A DNA stretch of 64,000 bases, taken from positions 6,689 to 70,688 of the forward strand of contig CAKOYV010000007.1 in assembly GCA_934131005.1 (NCBI GenBank), read 5' to 3'. Position 1 is the first letter of the stretch. Each line of letters opens with the position of its first letter. This DNA is from an uncultured Bacilli bacterium. GTDB taxonomy: Bacteria > Bacillota_I > Bacilli_A > RF39 > UBA660. This document shows, in pieces, positions 36,484-46,790 of this stretch. The notes under the pieces were generated by a model that saw nothing but the letters and a program-made list of their open reading frames with translations, did no database searches and had not been told where the DNA came from. Made by a program: the position numbers and the translations under genes.

Positions 36484-36690
36484 TTACAAAGTTATATTTC
36501 CCAATTTAATTAACTCTACAACGGCCTGTGCACGTCCCTTTACCCCAAGTTTCTGCATCGCATTAGAAATATGATTTCTAACTGTTTTCTCACTTATAGA
36601 TAAAGCATCCGCAATTTCTTTAGTCGATTTATTATTAACTAATAAAGAAAATACCTCTTCTTCCCTCTTCGTCAGAATTTTTTTATTCAT
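36484..36690 (-). CDS. LuxR/GerE-family HTH transcriptional regulator (68 aa)
   Basis: LTKREEEVFSLLVNNKSTKEIADALSISEKTVRNHISNAMQKLGVKGRAQAVV is the canonical GerE-type HTH. Confidence 0.7.
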   Translation of the reverse strand: MNKKILTKREEEVFSLLVNNKSTKEIADALSISEKTVRNHISNAMQKLGVKGRAQAVVELIKLGNITL

Positions 36691-36773
36691 ATATTCCTCA
36701 CTTTCAAAAGGATGGATACTAAATCAATATTATTTTATGCACCACTTTCCTTTATGTGAAAAATATAGAAAGA

Positions 36774-37286
36774 CTAACTTTGAAATTTCACAGAAATATA
36801 CATTTTACTATCAAACTCATCTTGTACAGCTCTCATAATATTATTAGCAAGACTCTTCGAATTCTCACAACCATCTACAACAACCTTAACTGAAGTATCT
36901 TCTATCTTAGCAAACGCCTCACAACTATACTCGCTCTTTATTTTCTTCTCAATTCCCTCTTCTACACCACTATTATTATTAATATTCTTAATCTCTTCAT
37001 AAGCCTTATTTTTCTCATCTGTACTTGTCTTAGAATTAGTTAACTTTTCTTGAAGTTCACTTAAAGTATCCTTAGTTTTTGCCTCATCCTCAACCTTTAA
37101 CGCCGAAATTGCACTCTCTTGCTTTGTTGTAGCACTAGCTTTTTTCTCCGTCTTAGCACTACTATTATTAGCAGTCGTAACACTCTGAGCTGCTAACAAG
37201 TCATTGGGCATTGTAACATAATAAATACTCAATACTAATACTAAACTAAACAAAGTCAAAAACCATAAATTTTTCCTATTCATCAT
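36774..37286 (-). CDS. Secreted/anchored hypothetical protein (170 aa)
   Basis: N-terminal signal/TM LWFLTLFSLVLVLSIYYV, Ser/Thr/Lys-rich middle, conserved-looking C-terminal domain. Confidence 0.45.
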   Translation of the reverse strand: MMNRKNLWFLTLFSLVLVLSIYYVTMPNDLLAAQSVTTANNSSAKTEKKASATTKQESAISALKVEDEAKTKDTLSELQEKLTNSKTSTDEKNKAYEEIKNINNNSGVEEGIEKKIKSEYSCEAFAKIEDTSVKVVVDGCENSKSLANNIMRAVQDEFDSKMYISVKFQS

Positions 37287-37324
37287 ATATTTCCTCTTTT
37301 CTACTTAAATATATGATGTTTTTT

Positions 37325-37825
37325 CTAATAAATTCCTAATAATTTATCCTGAGCATCTGTTGTAAGACCATCAAGTTTCCAAACACCCTTATTATCACGT
37401 GTTAAATTAAAATCAATAGTATAAGTAATCTTATCATGAACTTTTTCTAAATCATCAATTACATGTCTATCATAGTCTTCAACTTCTTCATTATTATTAG
37501 CATACTTAGAATACACACTCTTATAATCTAAAACTTTTACCTCCGTTGTAATAACAGCAGAATCACCATCTATCTTATCATTCTTTATCTCATAAGACAT
37601 ATTCTTATATTGCCTCTTTATAACTTCCTTATATCGCTTCTCCAAGTCATCATCCAAATTAGCACCTGTAGCCAAATCAGAAGTCTGAATATTAACAACA
37701 CTAGAATCAAGGCACTGATATTTTCCTAATAATTCCTCCACTTTAGAATTAGGCGTATTCGAAATAGCACATCCTGTTGCAACCATTACAAAAAGACTTA
37801 ATAACAAAACTATTTTCTTTCCCAT
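37325..37825 (-). CDS. Lipoprotein (166 aa)
   Basis: Signal peptide with lipobox LFVMVATGC at residues 11-19. Confidence 0.55.
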   Translation of the reverse strand: MGKKIVLLLSLFVMVATGCAISNTPNSKVEELLGKYQCLDSSVVNIQTSDLATGANLDDDLEKRYKEVIKRQYKNMSYEIKNDKIDGDSAVITTEVKVLDYKSVYSKYANNNEEVEDYDRHVIDDLEKVHDKITYTIDFNLTRDNKGVWKLDGLTTDAQDKLLGIY

Positions 37826-38015
37826 ATTTTATCACCTAAAAATATTATTACCTAAATTTAGTTAAATATACAAATATCAACAAGTATATTACATTTTTTA
37901 AATTTAAAATTTCAAAACTAAAAATGCAAAAATTTTTTAAATTTTTACAGTTAACTTTTTATTTATCATTTCTTACTTTTATGATATAATACATTATAGT
38001 TAGGAGGACGACATT

Positions 38016-39197
38016 ATGCATATAATTGAATTAACAGAATTACAATTCAAAAATTATTCCAATCTACACAGTAAAAAGAATTATCGTCAAAGTGTAGAAT
38101 ACGCCAATTTAGAAGCAACTAAAGGCTATAAAAAACTATATCTAGGACTTAGTGATAATCAAGATAATATTCATGCTGCAACATTAATACTTGAAAAAAA
38201 ATTAAGTGGCAAATCAAAATATGGCTATATTCCAAGTGGCTATTTAATCAATTTTTATAATTTTGAACTACTAGAAATATTTACAAACGAATTAAAAGAT
38301 TACTTAAAAAAACAAAATTACATCTTTCTAAGAATAACTCCTCTTATTAATTATCAAGTATATAACAGTAACTTCATTTTAAAGGAAAATAACTCTGGAA
38401 TTATCAATAACTTCAAAAGATTAAACTATAACTATATTCCCAACAACTCAAAATACAAAATGGTACTAACCGTTAAAGATATTTCCAATACATTCTCATC
38501 TTTTAAAAGAAGCCTAAGACGTAATATTAATGATTGTCTAAAAAAAGGTATAACTGTTCACCAAGGCACAAAAGAAGAATTAGATGAATTTCTAAATCTT
38601 ATAGATAACAAAGAATATTATAAAAAAATGTCCTCTCTCTTTAACAACATCAACAATAACTTTGAATTCTACTTTGCCAAACTAAATCCTGAAACATATA
38701 TCAATAATTATCGTTATCTTTTAAAAAAAGAACAATTAAAAAATGAAATATTAAACAATAAATTAAAAGATCCAACTGTAAAAAAGACCAACAATCTTCT
38801 TAATAAAAAAATGACTTCTGATAGATTAATTACTAAATATCATAACGAAATAATAAATGGAACTAATATCTATAAACTTCATCCCGAAGGACTAATAATT
38901 TCAACTGTAGCTATAATTACTAATAAAAGAGAAGTAACTTTCGTAACCGAAGGCTTTAACAATGAATTCAAATATATTAGAAGTACTTCAATGATAAAAT
39001 GGGAAATTATCAAACGTCATTTACTAAATGGCTATAAAGTATTTGATCTTGGTACCATCAATATAAATAATAATTACACATCAAAAAATGGCTTCAACGG
39101 CAATATCATAGAATACTCTAATATGTTCGATCTTGTTATAAACGAAATGTTATATAAATTAAATAAATATGCTAAAAAGGCTCCTCGTATCAACTAG
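38016..39197 (+). CDS. FemAB-like peptidoglycan-bridge aminoacyltransferase family protein (tentative)
   Basis: 393 aa, RBS TAGGAGG. Two GNAT-like halves separated by a K/N-rich coiled-coil insertion, as in FemA/FemX. Assignment by overall architecture only. Confidence 0.4.
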   Translation: MHIIELTELQFKNYSNLHSKKNYRQSVEYANLEATKGYKKLYLGLSDNQDNIHAATLILEKKLSGKSKYGYIPSGYLINFYNFELLEIFTNELKDYLKKQNYIFLRITPLINYQVYNSNFILKENNSGIINNFKRLNYNYIPNNSKYKMVLTVKDISNTFSSFKRSLRRNINDCLKKGITVHQGTKEELDEFLNLIDNKEYYKKMSSLFNNINNNFEFYFAKLNPETYINNYRYLLKKEQLKNEILNNKLKDPTVKKTNNLLNKKMTSDRLITKYHNEIINGTNIYKLHPEGLIISTVAIITNKREVTFVTEGFNNEFKYIRSTSMIKWEIIKRHLLNGYKVFDLGTININNNYTSKNGFNGNIIEYSNMFDLVINEMLYKLNKYAKKAPRIN

Positions 39198-39871
39198 GAG
39201 TCTTTTATTATTTCATTAACAATATAATTAGCACACATAAGTCCACTTGTTGCTGGAACAAAAATCATCGAAGGAATTGAACCTGTAAATTTATCATTCA
39301 CTTCTCTAGAATAAACAACTGGAATATGTCCATATATCTTATTATCATTTACAAACTTTCTAAGCTTTTTAGCAATAGGATCATAAGATGTATCTCGCAA
39401 ATCAGCCACCTCAAGCATACTAGGATTAAGCTTATTACCAGCACCCATACTAGAAATAAAAGTAATTCCTCTAGCTAAGCACTCCTTTATCAAGCCCTCT
39501 TTAACCATAATTGTATCACAGCAATCAATTAAAGCATCAAACTTATATTTAAAAATTCCCTCTAAATTATCACTATCAAGCTTCATATTAACAACATCTA
39601 CTCGTGCCTCTGGATTAATACTAATAATTCTCTTACGCATCTCTTCCGTCTTTAACTTACCAATATTATTAGTATTAGTAATTATTTGTCTATTTAAATT
39701 ACTTATATCAATAGTATCATAATCAACAATAATTAAATTACCTACTCCTGACCTTACCAACGCCTCAACTGCATATCCTCCAACACCACCAAGACCTACT
39801 ACTAAAACAGTAGACTTTTTAATTTTAGCAACATTATCACAACCAATTAATAAATTAATTCTCTCATACAT
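39194..39871 (-). CDS. tcdA: tRNA threonylcarbamoyladenosine dehydratase (ThiF/MoeB/HesA E1-like)
   Basis: VLVVGLGGVGGYAVEALVRSGVGNLIIVDYDTIDISNLNRQ is a Rossmann E1-like motif. 225 aa, typical TcdA/CsdL size. Confidence 0.65.
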   Translation of the reverse strand: MYERINLLIGCDNVAKIKKSTVLVVGLGGVGGYAVEALVRSGVGNLIIVDYDTIDISNLNRQIITNTNNIGKLKTEEMRKRIISINPEARVDVVNMKLDSDNLEGIFKYKFDALIDCCDTIMVKEGLIKECLARGITFISSMGAGNKLNPSMLEVADLRDTSYDPIAKKLRKFVNDNKIYGHIPVVYSREVNDKFTGSIPSMIFVPATSGLMCANYIVNEIIKDS

Positions 39872-40180
39872 AAAAAAACACCTCTATAATAAAAGAATAA
39901 GTCACTATTAACTTATCCCTAAATAACAATATAAATTACCCAGAAAGCCGACTCACTTTAAGATAAAACCATGCGCGTATACCACATGGTGGTAAACCTC
40001 ACATATTACTTAGGATCCCTACTTAAAAGTAAGTATTCAACACATAATATGGTATGGGTTCCCTTATATATCTTTAGTTGGTTTTATACATATGTGATAT
40101 CGTATACTATCTAGGTAATTTCATTATATCACAACTTTAAAATTATATCTATATATTTAACTTTAAAGTTATCTTAACTT

Positions 40181-40255
40181 GGTTACCCCAGTTAGATTCG
40201 AACTAACGATACTAGAGTCAGAGTCTAGTGCCTTACCGCTTGGCCATGGGGTAAT
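40181..40255 (-). tRNA. tRNA-Gln (anticodon CTG)
   Basis: Minus strand TACCCCATGGCCAAGCGGTAAGGCACTAGACTCTGACTCTAGTATCGTTAGTTCGAATCTAACTGGGGTAACCA. Anticodon loop CTCTGAC, T-loop TTCGAAT, encoded CCA. Confidence 0.75.
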
Positions 40256-40323
40256 GTCCTAATACAAAGATACAACATTAAGAAAAATAAGTCAACTATA
40301 ATACACCAATTTGACATTATTAA

Positions 40324-40635
40324 CTAATCATCACTAACTACCTCTTTATATATCAAAATAAAAATTGTTAAAACAGTCAAAACATTTGCCAAAAGTACTA
40401 AATAATCCCACTCTTCCTCACCTAAAGTAATATAAATATAATATAAACTAATAATTAAAGCAACAATAAAAGTAAAAATATTAATATAATGATACATACG
40501 CCTTTTATCATCCCTACCACTTATTCGATATTCCCTCTCCACCATATTAGATAATAATTTCAATAAAAATAGCCCTATAAAAATAACTAAAACTATATCT
40601 TCCTCATCTATCTTTTTTAATTTATCGTCACTCAT
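40324..40635 (-). CDS. Small two-TM membrane protein (103 aa)
   Basis: Two hydrophobic helices (VLVIFIGLFLLKLL ; IFTFIVALIISLYYIYITL ; VLLANVLTVLTIFILIY). Confidence 0.4.
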   Translation of the reverse strand: MSDDKLKKIDEEDIVLVIFIGLFLLKLLSNMVEREYRISGRDDKRRMYHYINIFTFIVALIISLYYIYITLGEEEWDYLVLLANVLTVLTIFILIYKEVVSDD

Positions 40636-40666
40636 ATTAAATTATATAAATAAATATTAAAATTTA

Positions 40667-41191
40667 CTACCTAAAATAAGGATTATTCTTCTTTTCATAC
40701 CCAAGATTAGTAAAAACACCATGACCAGGATAAATCTTTATATCATCATCATACTTCTTTATCTTATCAATACTCTTAAGCATCTCTCCATAACGACTCT
40801 CAACTAAATCACATCTTCCAATAGTTCCCTTAAACAAAAAATCACCTGTAAACATAACTTTATCACGTTTAAAATAATAAGTAACACTATCCATTGTATG
40901 TCCAAAAGTCTTGATCACTTCAAAAGAAAAATTACCAATATCAACCCTTCCCTCTTCTAAATTGTTAAGATCATATACTGGAATAGAAAATTTATTAACC
41001 AAATCCGAAACACTAGCAACATGATCAAAATGACTATGTGTAACTAATATTCCTATAACATTCTTACCACTAATAAAATCCATAATAGCATCTATATCAT
41101 CACCAGGATCAATAAGCAAGCACTCACCATCCCTCTCTAACAAATAGCAATTACATCTTAAATATCCTACTTTAATATAATCAATCTTCAT
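40667..41191 (-). CDS. MBL-fold metallo-hydrolase (glyoxalase II-like)
   Basis: ILVTHSHFDHV (HxHxDH zinc motif), GHT, GDFLF. 174 aa. Confidence 0.65.
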   Translation of the reverse strand: MKIDYIKVGYLRCNCYLLERDGECLLIDPGDDIDAIMDFISGKNVIGILVTHSHFDHVASVSDLVNKFSIPVYDLNNLEEGRVDIGNFSFEVIKTFGHTMDSVTYYFKRDKVMFTGDFLFKGTIGRCDLVESRYGEMLKSIDKIKKYDDDIKIYPGHGVFTNLGYEKKNNPYFR

Positions 41192-41316
41192 CTATTAATC
41201 CCTCTTTCTCTAACAATTTTATCACAATTTACACTTTTTGACACCAAATAATCAAATCTTTTTAATTAAATAGATTATTAATTCTTTTTCTGCTATAATT
41301 GAAAATGAGGTGAATT

Positions 41317-42171
41317 ATGAAAAGATCTAAAATAAAAGAAAAATATTTACAAAAAATTAATAATAATTTAAATAATTCCGAAAGTAATAATATTAATAAT
41401 TCAAACAATTCTGTTAACAATTATATTAACACTCAAAACAACCCCCAAGACAATAAACAACCAAAAATAATTAAAAGAGTTAACAGAGAAGCTAATTTTA
41501 TAAAATCTATGCTACTTGTATTTTTACTACTCTTTGGTACATCAATTCCCATGATAATTCTTGCCCTTTTTGGTATCAACTACTTAAATTTCTCGCAAGG
41601 AGCAAAAATTATTTATACAATTATCTGTGATATTATAGTCTTAGGTGTTATCCTTTATATGTACAGACGTGACTTAAAAAAAGATTTCAAAAACTTTTTT
41701 AATCATAATTTTCTCTATAATATAGCCTTTGCTCTCGCATTCTGGTTTGCAGGCTTAATAGTTATGATTGCAAGTAACTTCGTTATTTCTATAATTACAA
41801 ATGGAACTATTGCTCAAAATGAAGAATCTGTCAGAGAGTTAATCGAAAAATTCCCATTATACATGCTTCTTAATATAACCATCTATGCTCCCTTAACTGA
41901 AGAATTAATTTTCAGAAAAAGTTTTCGAGACTTTATTCAAAATAAATATCTCTATATTCTAACCTCCGGACTAGTTTTTGGTTTTCTTCACATTATAAGT
42001 TCCCTAACAGACATAACTGGCATCTTATTTCTAATACCATACAGTGCCTTAGGCATAGCTTTTGCCGCTGCTTATGAAGAATCAGATAATATATTTACAA
42101 CTATCACAATCCACTCTCTACATAACGCCTTAAGCTTTATTATTATGATGATAGGACAATACTTATCATGA
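41317..42171 (+). CDS. CPBP-family intramembrane glutamic endopeptidase (CAAX protease/Abi-like)
   Basis: RBS GAGGTG. Motif EELIFR, FGFLH, HSLHN across TM helices. N/S-rich disordered N-terminus. Confidence 0.65.
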   Translation: MKRSKIKEKYLQKINNNLNNSESNNINNSNNSVNNYINTQNNPQDNKQPKIIKRVNREANFIKSMLLVFLLLFGTSIPMIILALFGINYLNFSQGAKIIYTIICDIIVLGVILYMYRRDLKKDFKNFFNHNFLYNIAFALAFWFAGLIVMIASNFVISIITNGTIAQNEESVRELIEKFPLYMLLNITIYAPLTEELIFRKSFRDFIQNKYLYILTSGLVFGFLHIISSLTDITGILFLIPYSALGIAFAAAYEESDNIFTTITIHSLHNALSFIIMMIGQYLS

Positions 42172-43013
42172 AAAAAGTTCTAATTACCATTATTACCTTC
42201 CTTTTAATAATCTTCATCACTCTAATATATGCTCGCTTCTTTGGAACAATTGGTCTTAACACCAACGAAATTAGCTACCACACCAAAGTAATTGATGAAA
42301 GTTATGAAGGCTTAAAAATAGTCCAATTTTCTGACTTACATTACAAAAAAGTTATAACTGAAGATAGAGTCAAAGAACTAGTAGCAGAAATTAAGAAAAT
42401 AAAACCAGATATCATCCTCTTCACAGGTGATTTATTAGATAATGACTATAAATTAACTAGTCATGACATCAAATTTCTCATTAAAGAATTATCAAAATTA
42501 GAATCTACTTACGGAAATTTTGCCATTTTAGGAGATAATGATTATCTCAAAACTGACACCATCAAAAATATTTATATTCAAAGTAATTTTACGCTTTTAG
42601 AAAACAACTACTCTGTAATATATAACGAAGAAAACAAACAAATATTTATCGGTGGTATCTCATCTGCAAACTATGATGAAGCCGACATTGACAAAACCAT
42701 GAGTTACTTCAACGGAAATCCTGATATTTTCAAAATTATCATGGTTCACGAACCCGACTACATCAACACAATCTTAAACAAATATAATAATATTAATTTA
42801 ATCGTTGGCGGCCACTCCCTAAATGGCTCTATCAATATTCCTGGTCTAAAATATCTAACATCTCCCGTTGGAGCTAAAAAATATAATAAACCTCACTACA
42901 AAAAAAATAACACCGATATATATATATCTAATGGCATAGGCGTTAATAACATTAACTTCCGCATCTTTAATCACCCATCAATTAATTTTTATAGATTTAC
43001 CAAGAAGAATTAA
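42168..43013 (+). CDS. Membrane-anchored metallophosphoesterase (YkuE/calcineurin-like)
   Basis: N-terminal TM. FSDLH, GDLLD, GDNDY, VHEPD, GGHSLNGS are metallophosphatase motifs. Start overlaps the upstream gene (ATGA). Confidence 0.65.
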   Translation: MKKVLITIITFLLIIFITLIYARFFGTIGLNTNEISYHTKVIDESYEGLKIVQFSDLHYKKVITEDRVKELVAEIKKIKPDIILFTGDLLDNDYKLTSHDIKFLIKELSKLESTYGNFAILGDNDYLKTDTIKNIYIQSNFTLLENNYSVIYNEENKQIFIGGISSANYDEADIDKTMSYFNGNPDIFKIIMVHEPDYINTILNKYNNINLIVGGHSLNGSINIPGLKYLTSPVGAKKYNKPHYKKNNTDIYISNGIGVNNINFRIFNHPSINFYRFTKKN

Positions 43014-43069
43014 TATATCTTCTTTTTTTGCATATATTTTATTGATTAAAAGAAAGGAAGATTAATATT

Positions 43070-43465
43070 ATGAATAATGGTTACTACCAAAATCCTGTCT
43101 TTCCTGGAACTGGATTAAATGCAAATACTGTACCTAACCAACAATCAGTACCAAGTTATGAACAAACACAAAAAAATAGTATTGATACTACCCAGGAAGA
43201 ACAATCTTACATAGAAAATATAATTAGAATAAACAAAGGAAAAATGGCCAAATTCCACGTAACAGTACCTGGCTCCATCGAATGGCAAGACCGAGTATTT
43301 ACTGGTATCATCGAACAAGCAGGACGTGATCACATCATCATCTCCAACCCAAATACTGGAGAATGGTATTTAATTCTTATGATTTACTTAGACTTCGTAA
43401 CTTTTGAAGAACCCATTAATTATAACACCCAGTTTGCAACTCCTCCTGTTGATTATACTTCTTAA
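43070..43465 (+). CDS. GerQ (YwdL)-like spore coat protein (tentative)
   Basis: RBS AAGGAAG. Q/N-rich N-terminus, then GIIEQAGRDHIIISNPNTGEWYLILMIYLDFVTFEE, which resembles the conserved GerQ core. 131 aa. Confidence 0.4.
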   Translation: MNNGYYQNPVFPGTGLNANTVPNQQSVPSYEQTQKNSIDTTQEEQSYIENIIRINKGKMAKFHVTVPGSIEWQDRVFTGIIEQAGRDHIIISNPNTGEWYLILMIYLDFVTFEEPINYNTQFATPPVDYTS

Positions 43466-43555
43466 AAAATTACTAATTAATATCCCATCTCTAAAACAAA
43501 GAAATGGGATTTTTATATTAACAATTCAATTTCTTTTATTTTTTTTAGAAATTTA

Positions 43556-44550
43556 GAAGGATTTTAGCTTTTTACCTAGAACAATATATTTAGAGGGACT
43601 AAATTCCCTCTAAACAGAAAGGAGGAAAATTATAAAAAAACTAATTGAAAAAGAAAGATTAATTCCTTTAACCAAAGACTTTATGTTTAAGCATATCTTC
43701 ACCAATAATCCTGATATCCTAAAAAAATTCTTAATTGATGTTCTAAAACTAGATATCAACCCTAACCTAGCTACTATCATCATCGAAAATAATGAACTTA
43801 CTAAATCTAGGGAAAAAGAATATCAAAAGAATGTTGATATCTACGTTTCTATTAATAATAACCTAAGAATTGATATCGAAGTAAACTCTGAAAAATTTAG
43901 CTCCATTAAAGCTAGAAATGTCTTATATTTAAATAAAATTGCTATTGATACAACTGAATCAGGCTTTACTTACCAAAAAATGAACAAACAATATTTTTAT
44001 CAACTAAACTTAAATGCTCATAAATCTGATAAATATTTAGATGAAGAATACCTACTCGTATCTACAAACAAACACCAAATCTTACTAGATAATTATAAAA
44101 TTATTTGCAAATCTCTTGATTATTACAAAGAACTTTATTATAATCAAGGTAAGAATTCAAGCAAAGATGTAATATGGTTATCTTTACTTGGAGCAAATAA
44201 TTTTAATGAATTAGAGGAGATGGCAAGTTTAGTTATGAATGAGAAAGAAAAAAATAAGTTTGTAGGTGAATGCAAAGATTCTAGTAAAAACACCAAATGG
44301 TTATCCGAATGGGGAACAGAATACTTTGCCGAAATGGTGAAACATAATGTTATCGAAGATGCTAAAGAAGAAGGATTGAAAGAAGGTCAAAGAAAAGGAT
44401 TACAAGAAGGATTAAAGAAAGGAATTAATCAAAAACAAACAGAAATGGTAAAAAAGTTATTAGAGCAAAAAGTATCTTATGAAATTATTGCTACGGCTGC
44501 TTCTATTTCTGTTAACGACGTAAAAAGGATAGAAAAATCCATGTAAAATG
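43556..44550 (+). repeat. Direct repeat copy 1 (~1 kb, ~95% identical to 60482..61470)
   Basis: Begins GGATTTTAGCTTTTT(A/G)CCTAGAACAATATATTTAGAGGGACTAAATTCCCTCTAAACAGAAAGGAGG and runs through the Rpn-family gene. Identity was estimated by eye from aligned lines. Confidence 0.7.
43683..44546 (+). CDS. Rpn-family recombination-promoting nuclease / PD-(D/E)XK 'putative transposase', copy 1
   Basis: N-terminal ...PLTKDFMFKHIFT (family P..DF.FK.IF motif), YxxDIYVS...RIDIEVN (nuclease core), C-terminal EEG/KEG repeat tail. The frame is open upstream to 43614 with AGGAGG at 43620-43625, so the true start may be a non-ATG codon near 43632. Confidence 0.65.
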   Translation: MFKHIFTNNPDILKKFLIDVLKLDINPNLATIIIENNELTKSREKEYQKNVDIYVSINNNLRIDIEVNSEKFSSIKARNVLYLNKIAIDTTESGFTYQKMNKQYFYQLNLNAHKSDKYLDEEYLLVSTNKHQILLDNYKIICKSLDYYKELYYNQGKNSSKDVIWLSLLGANNFNELEEMASLVMNEKEKNKFVGECKDSSKNTKWLSEWGTEYFAEMVKHNVIEDAKEEGLKEGQRKGLQEGLKKGINQKQTEMVKKLLEQKVSYEIIATAASISVNDVKRIEKSM

Positions 44551-44581
44551 GAAATCAATCTATCCTTTTTATATTATTTAT

Positions 44582-45436
44582 TTATGATAATAGCATCTTA
44601 TAAGGTCTAACTTTACCATCGGACGTCTTTTTATAAAGAGCCAATACCTCTCCTTCATTATTAGCAATAAAAGCCATTGGACAAGTAAAAAAACTATCTA
44701 ACACTTGACCATTTCTTATTTTAAATTCCATATCAGAATCAACAGAAATAACAGGAATATTCAATATAGCTTCGGGCTTTAATAATTTATAATTACCTTT
44801 TTCAATATCGGTTAACGTATAAGAATCCTCTATCTTAAAGTCTCCCTGCTTAGTTCTAAGTAAATCCATCATAACAGCCCCAGTACCCAAAGAGGCACCT
44901 ATATCTCTAATAAGACTCCTAATATATGTTCCCTTACTAACTCTACATCTAAAAGTAAAAGTATCTACTAAATCATAATCAAGTAATTCTATCTCTTCAA
45001 TAAAAACATCTCTAACAGGAAGTTTAACTTCAATACCAGCCCTAGCATATTCATATAATTTACGCCCATTAACTTTAATAGCCGAATATTTAGGTACTTC
45101 TTGCTTTATATGCCCCTTAAAACTATTAAGAACATTCTCTAACTCCAAACGACTAACTTTAACATCATTATCTCTTGCAATAACATCACCCGTTATATCT
45201 AGCGTATCTGTAGTTAAACCTAACTTAACTGTTGCAATATATTCCTTATCATAACTAGTAAGCAGTTCAGATAATTTCAAACACTTACCAACCGGAATAA
45301 CCAATACTCCCCTAGCCAAAGGATCCAACGTTCCAGTATGTCCAACTTTTTTAGTCCCCAAAATTTTTCCTACAATATTAACAACATCTCTACTAGTATA
45401 ATCCTTATCTTTATTAACAACTAGTATCCCCGTCAT
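44582..45436 (-). CDS. truB: tRNA pseudouridine(55) synthase
   Basis: GILVVNKDKDYTSRDVVNIVGKILGTKKVGHTGTLDPLARGVLVIPVG is the catalytic-Asp TruB motif. Confidence 0.85.
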   Translation of the reverse strand: MTGILVVNKDKDYTSRDVVNIVGKILGTKKVGHTGTLDPLARGVLVIPVGKCLKLSELLTSYDKEYIATVKLGLTTDTLDITGDVIARDNDVKVSRLELENVLNSFKGHIKQEVPKYSAIKVNGRKLYEYARAGIEVKLPVRDVFIEEIELLDYDLVDTFTFRCRVSKGTYIRSLIRDIGASLGTGAVMMDLLRTKQGDFKIEDSYTLTDIEKGNYKLLKPEAILNIPVISVDSDMEFKIRNGQVLDSFFTCPMAFIANNEGEVLALYKKTSDGKVRPYKMLLS

Positions 45437-46389
45437 AATTGCCTAACCGTCTCTTTTACCAATCTCTTAATAGCATTCTCTAAGCTATCATTAATAACAC
45501 AACCAGCAGCCCTACAATGACCTCCACCACCAAAGGTCTTAGCAATCTCTGCTACATCAACATTTTCATTAGAACGAAAAGAAACTTTATATAATCCATT
45601 ATCTTCTCTTAAAAAAATCGAAACCATTACTCCCTCTACATTTCTTCCAACATTAACAATTCCTTCATGATCTCCAACTGAAGCATGGGCCTTCTTTATA
45701 TCATCTTGTGTTATATAAGTTATAGCAATCCTATTTTTACTCAAAAATTCTAATCTAGAAGTAGCAATAGTCGTAAGTTTAAACTGTGCCTTTGTCTGAA
45801 TATCAAAAGTCGTTAAATATATTTTACTAATATTTACTCCTAAATCAAGCATTTGAGCAGCAAATTCAAATGTCTCATCATCAACCGTCTCATATCTAAA
45901 ACCACCTGAATCTGTTATAATACCAGTCATCAAGGCATCCCCTATAGGACGAGTTATAGAAATAGAAAGTCTCTTTAAAACTTTAACTAAAGTTTTACAA
46001 GCAGCAGGACTTTTATCTTCTACATAATTATAATCTGCATAAAAAGTATTACTAGCATGATGATCAATAGAAACTGTCATATCAGCTGCATCAAAACAAT
46101 TATTAATATCATAAAGTCTTCCCTTATTAGCACAATCAAGTGCAACACATAAATCATACTTACCCTCACCAGACTTTTTAATTTCATCTAAACAAGGTAA
46201 AAAAGAAAAACTATTAGAATATTCATCTGCTATTATATCAACATCTTTCTTTAATTGTTTAAGCCCCAAATAAAGTGCCAAACTACTACCAATTGCATCT
46301 CCATCAGGAGATATATGTGTAAAAATACCAATTCTTTTTGATTTATTTATAGCATTAATAACTCTTTCTAACTCTATTTCACTATTCAT
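45433..46389 (-). CDS. nrnA: DHH/DHHA1 bifunctional oligoribonuclease / pAp phosphatase
   Basis: ISPDGDAIGS, VSIDHHASN (DHH), GGGGHCRAAG (DHHA1). Gene order rbfA-nrnA-truB. Confidence 0.75.
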   Translation of the reverse strand: MNSEIELERVINAINKSKRIGIFTHISPDGDAIGSSLALYLGLKQLKKDVDIIADEYSNSFSFLPCLDEIKKSGEGKYDLCVALDCANKGRLYDINNCFDAADMTVSIDHHASNTFYADYNYVEDKSPAACKTLVKVLKRLSISITRPIGDALMTGIITDSGGFRYETVDDETFEFAAQMLDLGVNISKIYLTTFDIQTKAQFKLTTIATSRLEFLSKNRIAITYITQDDIKKAHASVGDHEGIVNVGRNVEGVMVSIFLREDNGLYKVSFRSNENVDVAEIAKTFGGGGHCRAAGCVINDSLENAIKRLVKETVRQL

Positions 46390-46723
46390 GTTTATTAATA
46401 CTCTCTATTATATTTTCTATATTATTACTATACTCTATTGATTCATCATAAACAAATCTTAATTTTGGCATCTTTCTTACATCTACTCTCTCACACAACT
46501 TCTTCTCTATAAATCCCCTAGCATTATTTAAAAGTTTTAAAACATTATCTTTCTGACTATCATCAAGTACTGTCACATAAACTTTAGCAAAAGATAAATC
46601 ATTAGTAATATCTACTTCCGTAACCGTTACAAAATTAATTCTCTGATCTTTAATTTCTTCTCTTAAAATACTACTAATATCAATAGCAAACTTATGCTCT
46701 AATCTCTCGATTTTAACACTCAT
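46382..46723 (-). CDS. rbfA: Ribosome-binding factor A
   Basis: MSVKIERLEHKFAIDISSILREEIKD...FVTVTEVDITNDLSFAKVYVT. The ORF track extends further upstream; ATG at 46723 is the likely start. Confidence 0.75.
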   Translation of the reverse strand: MSVKIERLEHKFAIDISSILREEIKDQRINFVTVTEVDITNDLSFAKVYVTVLDDSQKDNVLKLLNNARGFIEKKLCERVDVRKMPKLRFVYDESIEYSNNIENIIESINKHE

Positions 46724-46790
46724 AAAAATCACTTCCTCTGTGATTATTATACACAAATAATTGCCTAAAATCAAGTTTTAACTAAGCATG

